Below the pieces are notes generated by a model that searched no databases, was not told the origin of the DNA, and saw only the letters and a list, made by a program, of their open reading frames with translations. Source: Minisyncoccota bacterium (GTDB lineage: Bacteria > Patescibacteriota > Minisyncoccia > SW-4-49-11). Taken from it: 64,000 nt of DNA. This document shows positions 58,653 through 64,000 of this stretch, piece by piece; within the stretch, counting starts at the first letter, position 1; the number at the start of each line of letters is the position of its first letter. Position numbers and translations under genes: made by a program. The stretch spans positions 2,798-66,797 of the forward strand of contig JAULZW010000003.1 of assembly GCA_032117235.1 (NCBI GenBank), written 5' to 3'.

Positions 58653-59348
58653 ATGAGTAAATCTATGAAATCACAACCATATTTAGAAAGTATTCAATAT
58701 GGAATATTCTTCAGTAAACCCTTAGATAGATTAGATAAACTAATAACTCCAATCACTGATAAATATAGTGATGTTTTTGATACTCAACCCACTATTTTTC
58801 CATTTATAGAAGGATTAGATGAAGTTGTGACTGCTCAAGCAGGATCCACTAATACTCAATGGCAGTTAAATATATCAAGAAAGAGAGCTGATATCATATA
58901 TACTCCTTTAAAAGATAAACAATATAGATATGAGAATTTAACTAGTGAAAACAATAAGATACAAGAAATGATTCTTGCTATGGCGGATATAGTTAGAGAC
59001 TTAGAAGATCATATAATAAAAATTTCTCGTATCACTAATATTAGTACATTTATTTTTGAATGTGATAATCCTGAACAACAAATCAGTACACTATTTCTAG
59101 AAGATAAGAATAATACATATAAAGATTTAATAATTCGATTTAATAACCCCATTGAAGAGAATAGTATTAAATATAATAACTTAAAATATTATGAAGGGGT
59201 GATAGATCCTAGTACTGACATAAGGGCTTTAAGAATTCAAAACGATTTTAATACAGATATTTCTAAAAACACTCTTACTAATGAGGAGATTAAAGAGTTT
59301 TGGAATATTACTCAAAAATATTCTCACCATATCCCAGAGCTAGAATAG
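58653..59348 (+). CDS. hypothetical protein (231 aa)
   Basis: ORF; no motif. Confidence 0.35.
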   Translation: MSKSMKSQPYLESIQYGIFFSKPLDRLDKLITPITDKYSDVFDTQPTIFPFIEGLDEVVTAQAGSTNTQWQLNISRKRADIIYTPLKDKQYRYENLTSENNKIQEMILAMADIVRDLEDHIIKISRITNISTFIFECDNPEQQISTLFLEDKNNTYKDLIIRFNNPIEENSIKYNNLKYYEGVIDPSTDIRALRIQNDFNTDISKNTLTNEEIKEFWNITQKYSHHIPELE

Positions 59349-59358
59349 ATGTATTTTT

Positions 59359-60024
59359 ATGGGAAGTAATAATTGGAATGAAAAGTCATCAACAGTTCAG
59401 AATAACAGATCTTCACAATTAAGATTTAAAGCTGATTCAGAGCCTGAAACAAGTACTGAACCAGAAAGTAAAAATTTGACTTTTCAACAGCTTGATACAA
59501 TCTTTAAACAAAATATAGATAAATATACTCGAAAATATAATAAAAAGTTTGTAGATCTAAGTTATGAGTTTGATAAAAAGTTTATAAATCTAAATGAAGA
59601 ACTAACAAAGCTAACTAATGATTTGGATCCAAATAAAAAAGGTAGTGTTAGCGAAAAATTAACAAGTGATCTTGATCAAAAAATTCAAAACTCTAGTTCA
59701 CAATCAATTGCTCTATTAGCAATATTTACTACAGTATTTATATTTATTTCTGTTAATATAACTATTTTTCAAAAAGTTAAAACTGGAGTAGAGGCTGTTT
59801 TTTTTATGACAATTATTGCACTATTATGCGCAATAATTGTTTCCGTACCAATTCTTATACTACAAGCAGTTAATGGAAGTAAGATTAATTGGAAGCCAAT
59901 TATTAGTATTTTTTTATCTGGACTTTTAGGATTAATACTTATAGCCTGGATAGCACTATGGTCAAATTTCGAATTAACTACTTGTGAAGATAAACAAAAA
60001 AATTTAATTATACCTCTTCCTTAA
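59359..60024 (+). CDS. hypothetical coiled-coil protein with a C-terminal 3-TM anchor
   Basis: N-terminal charged/coiled region, then three hydrophobic helices. Confidence 0.35.
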   Translation: MGSNNWNEKSSTVQNNRSSQLRFKADSEPETSTEPESKNLTFQQLDTIFKQNIDKYTRKYNKKFVDLSYEFDKKFINLNEELTKLTNDLDPNKKGSVSEKLTSDLDQKIQNSSSQSIALLAIFTTVFIFISVNITIFQKVKTGVEAVFFMTIIALLCAIIVSVPILILQAVNGSKINWKPIISIFLSGLLGLILIAWIALWSNFELTTCEDKQKNLIIPLP

Positions 60025-60039
60025 TAATTACCAGTCAGT

Positions 60040-60282
60040 ATGACAAAAGATGAGGTGATACGTAAATTAAAGAATAAAATAGCTGAGCTTCAGCTTGAGC
60101 CCGATACATTGATTGAAAGCACAACTGATAATACCGATATATTATCTTTGGTAGATAAATATAATCTTATGGTACATATGATGAATAAAGCTGTTGATAC
60201 TCAATTAGAATATATCCCTTATGAGCCTACTATACAGGAAATAGAGGATATAATATCTAGGAATAATACTCAGAGTAATTAA
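60040..60282 (+). CDS. hypothetical small acidic protein (80 aa)
   Basis: ORF followed by a GC hairpin. Confidence 0.35.
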   Translation: MTKDEVIRKLKNKIAELQLEPDTLIESTTDNTDILSLVDKYNLMVHMMNKAVDTQLEYIPYEPTIQEIEDIISRNNTQSN

Positions 60283-60290
60283 AAACAAAA

Positions 60291-60313
60291 AAGCCCCGCG
60301 ATGTGCGGGGTTG
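60291..60313 (+). terminator. GC hairpin terminator (ccccgcg-atgt-gcgggg)
   Basis: Stem seen directly; the T-run is weak (tt). Confidence 0.4.
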
Positions 60314-60511
60314 GGTATGTTGTGAGGGCTGGGATTAACCGTCTGATTCTCCGTAACCTTCTTCAAGCTCTTCTTCCTCACAACAATTTTCGGGGTCTAT
60401 TCTCCTCACCGCTGTGATTACAATACCCACATAATTGGCACTAGAGTTAAGGTTTGGTAAGGGGGAAAAGTAAATGACATATAATAAGTTATAAAAATAA
60501 GATAATCGCTA

Positions 60512-60540
60512 TTGACAAAAATGAGAAAATATGCTATAGT
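60512..60540 (+). promoter_or_regulatory. near-consensus sigma70 promoter TTGACA-N17-TGcTATAGT
   Basis: Consensus -35, 17-nt spacer, extended -10; followed by 5'UTR hairpin taatgagc..gctcatta, RBS aaggagg and a GTG start at 60592. Confidence 0.5.
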
Positions 60541-60591
60541 CTTTGCGTAATGAGCAATTCCGCTCATTAGAACTTTTACAAGGAGGTTCCA

Positions 60592-60981
60592 GTGCATCAA
60601 TCTCAACCAGCTCAAAACCAAGAGGATAAGAATGTTAAATGGTATGAATCAGAAACATTTGAGGGAGGTATAGCAATCTTGGTATCTGGGTTAATACTCC
60701 TATTAATTTTTACCTTTCCGGAAACCTCCAAAACAATCATTTTATGGTTGTTGGTATTGTGTGGGGTTGGAGCCGGAGTTATATTTTTGCTAGAAAACCC
60801 ACCATTTCTGGCATTGACAGTAGTAATTATAATTGTAATTCTAGGATACTTTTTTACAAAGGCTGTTATAGGAACACTTTTTGTAGTACTAGGGATAATA
60901 TTTTTATTAGGCCGACCCTACTGGGTTGGTTTGGTACTCGCAATAGCGGGTGCTATAATCCTTTTTCATAAAAGCTGTTGA
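60592..60981 (+). CDS. small 4-TM membrane protein (GTG start)
   Basis: Strong promoter and RBS context; hydrophobicity. Confidence 0.45.
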   Translation: MHQSQPAQNQEDKNVKWYESETFEGGIAILVSGLILLLIFTFPETSKTIILWLLVLCGVGAGVIFLLENPPFLALTVVIIIVILGYFFTKAVIGTLFVVLGIIFLLGRPYWVGLVLAIAGAIILFHKSC

Positions 60982-61016
60982 GAGCTCGTACATAGTGCGA
61001 GCTCTTTTTCTTTTTA
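60981..61016 (+). terminator. rho-independent terminator (agagctcg-tacatagtg-cgagctct plus T-run)
   Basis: 8-bp stem followed by tttttcttttt. Confidence 0.6.
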
Positions 61017-61064
61017 CTGACCTCAGCTAGTAAGGGATCACAATAATTAAAGATATTTCTACTC

Positions 61065-61394
61065 TTACTCCTGCTCTTGTTCGGAACTTTCTCCTTCTCC
61101 TCCGATGGTGAAAGTTGAGATAATTTGTTCTCTTAAGGCGGCAATATTGGCTTGGATAATCTCCGAGACTATGTTCCCAGCTTCTTGTTGTCCTTGTTCT
61201 ATTCCTTCCTGTACAATTTTCTCACCTTCAGCTACTATTGGTTGAGAGATTTCAGCTACTGGTTGTGTGACTGTGGCTAAATTGGGTTTGATAAAACTGT
61301 TGAACACAATAACACCTCCAACAATTGATAGTACTAGAAAAACTCCAATTCCTGCAATGATGAAAGTGAAGATTTTGGGCATCATTTTAGGCAT
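61065..61394 (-). CDS. hypothetical membrane-anchored protein with acidic tail (109 aa)
   Basis: N-terminal TM helix, E/Q-rich C-terminus. Confidence 0.4.
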   Translation of the reverse strand: MPKMMPKIFTFIIAGIGVFLVLSIVGGVIVFNSFIKPNLATVTQPVAEISQPIVAEGEKIVQEGIEQGQQEAGNIVSEIIQANIAALREQIISTFTIGGEGESSEQEQE

Positions 61395-61482
61395 ATAATT
61401 ATTATTTATTGATACCTTTTTATTATAATATAGATTATTTATTTAGAAAAGAGTATAATAATGATATAAATTTTCATTTGAT

Positions 61483-62661
61483 ATGCTTGGATATTGGGTT
61501 TTGATTATTAGTGTTATCACTGGGCAAATTACTCGTATTGGGAATTTGGGGGTTTTGACGGATTTACTAATTCCTTTTTATTTGGGATATTGGCTTTTGA
61601 CTAGAGATAAAAAAAGACCACTCCCTTTTTCTAAGTCTATTTTATTAGTAGTAGTTTGGTTGTTTTATCTTTTGGGCAATCTTTTGATTAATCTTAACTT
61701 TATACCAGCGGTCGGTGGTGAGATTGGAGCTATTCTTTATTGGGTGAGACTGGCGTCTTATATGTCTCTATTGCTTCCTTTGATAGATTATAGATCTCAA
61801 AATCCAGAGCGAGTTGACAATCAGCTATGGTATATGGTTTTTGTATCTAGTGTCATATTATCTATACTTGGATTTGCTCAATTAGTTTTATTTCCAGACT
61901 TCTCTTTTATGGCTCAATATGGTTGGGATCCGCATCAAGGCAGATTACTGTCTACTTGGTATGACCCAAATTTCTTAGGAGGATTTTTGGGACTTGCATC
62001 AGTTATTATTTTGAGTCGAGTTTTAGTTTTTTTGAAAGAAAATAAATCTTGGCAAAAGCAAAACATAATTTTATTATCTGCTTGGATAATTGGGTTAGGA
62101 GTAGTGTTAGGAGCTTTGATACTAACTTATTCTAGGAGTGCTCTACTAGCTTTTTTAATCGGTGTGACTATTGTTACGATTTTGATTTCAAGAAGAACTT
62201 TTGTGTTGGTGCTTATAATTTTGTCTATTATTGTTATCTCTAATCCTAGATTACAAACTCGTATTCAGGGCGCAATTCAGGTAGATGTGACAGCTTCTCT
62301 TAGAATTCAGTCTTGGCGGGAGACTTTGGATGATATAGATAAAAATCCAATTTGGGGTATTGGATATAATACGATTAAATATCAGACAATTGTACCTTCA
62401 GAATTAAATTCAGCTTCTGGAAGGGACAGTAGTTTACTCACTCTTTGGTTGACAGGTGGGATTATTGGACTTGGGATATTTATAATAATTATTTTTAATT
62501 CTATCATTAAATCTTGGCAAAAGTTGTCTAAATCAGGTCTGGAGCGAGTTTGGGGAGTGGCTATTATTGCTGGTTGGGCTTTGATTCTGGTGCATTCGAT
62601 GTTTGTGAATAGTATTTTCTTTCCGCATATTCTTATATTTATTTTATTTTTCTTATTATGA
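61483..62661 (+). CDS. O-antigen ligase/polymerase-like (Wzy_C family) membrane protein
   Basis: About 10 TM helices, conserved ILTYSRSALLAFLIG motif and large extracytoplasmic loop. Confidence 0.6.
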   Translation: MLGYWVLIISVITGQITRIGNLGVLTDLLIPFYLGYWLLTRDKKRPLPFSKSILLVVVWLFYLLGNLLINLNFIPAVGGEIGAILYWVRLASYMSLLLPLIDYRSQNPERVDNQLWYMVFVSSVILSILGFAQLVLFPDFSFMAQYGWDPHQGRLLSTWYDPNFLGGFLGLASVIILSRVLVFLKENKSWQKQNIILLSAWIIGLGVVLGALILTYSRSALLAFLIGVTIVTILISRRTFVLVLIILSIIVISNPRLQTRIQGAIQVDVTASLRIQSWRETLDDIDKNPIWGIGYNTIKYQTIVPSELNSASGRDSSLLTLWLTGGIIGLGIFIIIIFNSIIKSWQKLSKSGLERVWGVAIIAGWALILVHSMFVNSIFFPHILIFILFFLL

Positions 62662-63893
62662 GTAGACTGTTTTTTGGATTAGGCTTGATTATACCTTTAT
62701 ATGTAATTAGATTTAAAATTTTTGGTATCCCGACTAATATTTTGGAAATTGCTATTGTGTTTATATTTATAATCTTTTTATTCAAATTTAGGGATTATAA
62801 AAGCCTATTCAAACCAGATAATTGTTGGCATAGAAAGAGTTTAGTTTTTGGAAGTTTACTAGTACTGGCTAGCCTAGGAGTTTTGGTGAGTGAGGAATTA
62901 CGATCAAGTCTGGGAATTTGGAAGGCTTATTTTGTACTGCCAATTCTGCTGATATGTATATTGTCTAAAATTAAATCAAAATATTATCTATCACTAATAA
63001 GAGGAATTATTGGTAGTGGAGTCGGAGTGTCTATTATCACCATTGCTCAGGTAGTGGTATTAGGTTTGGATGGTAGTTTTAGACCGACAGCTTTATATGC
63101 TTTAGGCTTAGACAAGGCAGTCTCTCAGGGAGGTTTTGCCAATTATATTGCAATGTATTTGGTGCCAATTTTTACCCTAAGTCTGTCTCGGCGAAATGTA
63201 CCTTTAGAGTTAAGATGGTTTGTGATAGTAGTGTTATTTAGCGGTATCATAACAACTCAATCCTATGCAGGCATTTTTGCCCTTTTAGGGGTGTTTATAA
63301 TCTGGATATTAACTAGAATATTGATTAGCCGTAAAAATAAACAAGAACTAATTACTGCCCCAGTTCTAAGAAAATATTTGATACCAATTAGCATGGCTTT
63401 GATTATAGGAGTTAGTTTGTTCGGATTTTGGCAAATTAATACTCCGAAATTCCAGAGCCTACTGAATATGGATAATAGGAATTCTATTACAACCAGAATA
63501 CAAATTTGGGATACCGCGACTACTATGATAGCTCAAGCACCTATTCTTGGTATTGGGCTTGCTGATTTTCAGCGAGTATATACCGAGACAATTCCTCAGA
63601 AATACTTCCCCCCTTATGAATGGCTAGTTCCTGAACCCCATAATCTCTATTTTGCCTTTTGGTTACATCTGGGTATTGGAGGGATTATTTGGCTTATTGC
63701 AATGTTGAGATTTACTATATCCAGGCTTATTGGTGCAATTCGCGATGGTAAATGGGAGTTGTATTGGCTAAGCCTCAGCCTTATCTCTATATTCTTGTAT
63801 GGGCTATTGGATACGCCTTTTTGGAAAAATGATTTGGCTCTATTATTCCTCGTGATTTTGTATGGAGTTGTGGGGAAAAAGAAAAAGTCGTAG
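62658..63893 (+). CDS. second O-antigen ligase/polymerase-like membrane protein
   Basis: Wzy_C-like GIGLADFQRVYTE ... EPHNLYFAFWLHLGIGG; 4-nt overlap with the previous gene. Confidence 0.6.
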   Translation: MSRLFFGLGLIIPLYVIRFKIFGIPTNILEIAIVFIFIIFLFKFRDYKSLFKPDNCWHRKSLVFGSLLVLASLGVLVSEELRSSLGIWKAYFVLPILLICILSKIKSKYYLSLIRGIIGSGVGVSIITIAQVVVLGLDGSFRPTALYALGLDKAVSQGGFANYIAMYLVPIFTLSLSRRNVPLELRWFVIVVLFSGIITTQSYAGIFALLGVFIIWILTRILISRKNKQELITAPVLRKYLIPISMALIIGVSLFGFWQINTPKFQSLLNMDNRNSITTRIQIWDTATTMIAQAPILGIGLADFQRVYTETIPQKYFPPYEWLVPEPHNLYFAFWLHLGIGGIIWLIAMLRFTISRLIGAIRDGKWELYWLSLSLISIFLYGLLDTPFWKNDLALLFLVILYGVVGKKKKS

Positions 63894-63912
63894 TATTACT
63901 ACGACTTTGGAG
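63888..63912 (+). terminator. perfect 9-bp hairpin gtcgtagta-t-tactacgac after the ligase gene
   Basis: Seen directly; followed by ttt. Confidence 0.4.
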
Positions 63913-64000
63913 TTTGAGCTAAGTCTAGCTCATAGGGGATCTGGGGTGTGAAAAAGATCCCATAATAGGTTGATATATTCTCTCATATCGGACTGATTTT

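Noticed and set aside
60320-60396. Long-range inverted repeat gttgtgagg ... cctcacaac and a tiny acidic peptide frame (CCEEEELEEGYGESDG)
   Set aside because: No start codon or RBS for the peptide; the hairpin is probably part of the terminator/5' region architecture, with insufficient evidence for a feature
1-64000. CRISPR arrays, rRNA/tRNA genes, integrases/transposases
   Set aside because: No regularly spaced direct repeats, no rRNA-like or cloverleaf-capable GC-rich blocks, and no recombinase motifs were recognised in the window

Overview
This window is about 64 kb of a low-GC (roughly 30% by eye) bacterial chromosome, read with standard code 11. An intact RF2 gene is present and TAA/TAG/TGA all terminate ORFs. 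The gene content is compact, with an alanine racemase pseudogene, a short YidC and many small hypothetical proteins; this fits a reduced-genome, possibly Patescibacteria/CPR-like organism, but that placement is inference only.

The window spans the replication-origin neighbourhood. rpmH-rnpA-yidC run rightward on +, diverging from dnaA-dnaN-comM on -. A cluster of DnaA boxes and an AT-rich putative DNA-unwinding element (DUE) sit in the dnaA-dnaN spacer.

Housekeeping genes identified:
- replication and repair: dnaE, uvrB, holA, ssb
- translation and ribosome: rpsF-ssb-rpsR-rpsT, prfB, ychF, rsuA
- cell division: ftsE-ftsX
- nucleotide and cofactor metabolism: dcd plus a tandem ThyX-like gene, speH, pgl, pterin dehydratase
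- transporters and envelope: two ABC exporter pairs, a LysM-M23 peptidase, a Wzx-like flippase, a GT2 and two O-antigen-ligase-like proteins

The most notable region is a roughly 10 kb defence island at 22.3-32.1 kb:
- an AAA_21 ATPase followed by a RloB/TOPRIM-like gene (AbiL/RloAB-like pair)
- a Type III R-M system whose mod and res genes are separated by three phage-like genes (antirepressor-like, an unknown, and a Bro-N domain protein)
- a membrane-anchored thermonuclease-Excalibur protein directly after res

A family of GC/C-rich palindromic elements about 40-60 nt long, sharing a CCCC(C)TACGGGG-type core, is scattered through the AT-rich sequence. Two 42-45 nt copies lie in frame inside mod and res, in the manner of Rickettsia palindromic elements (RPEs).

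Other points of interest: a GC-elevated 310-nt unit with its own promoter and terminator beside oriC, an alanine racemase pseudogene, a GC-elevated island carrying DgkA-like, hydrolase, rhodanese and CFA-synthase-like genes, and a beta-carbonic-anhydrase-motif protein. No rRNA, tRNA, CRISPR array, integrase or transposase was recognised.
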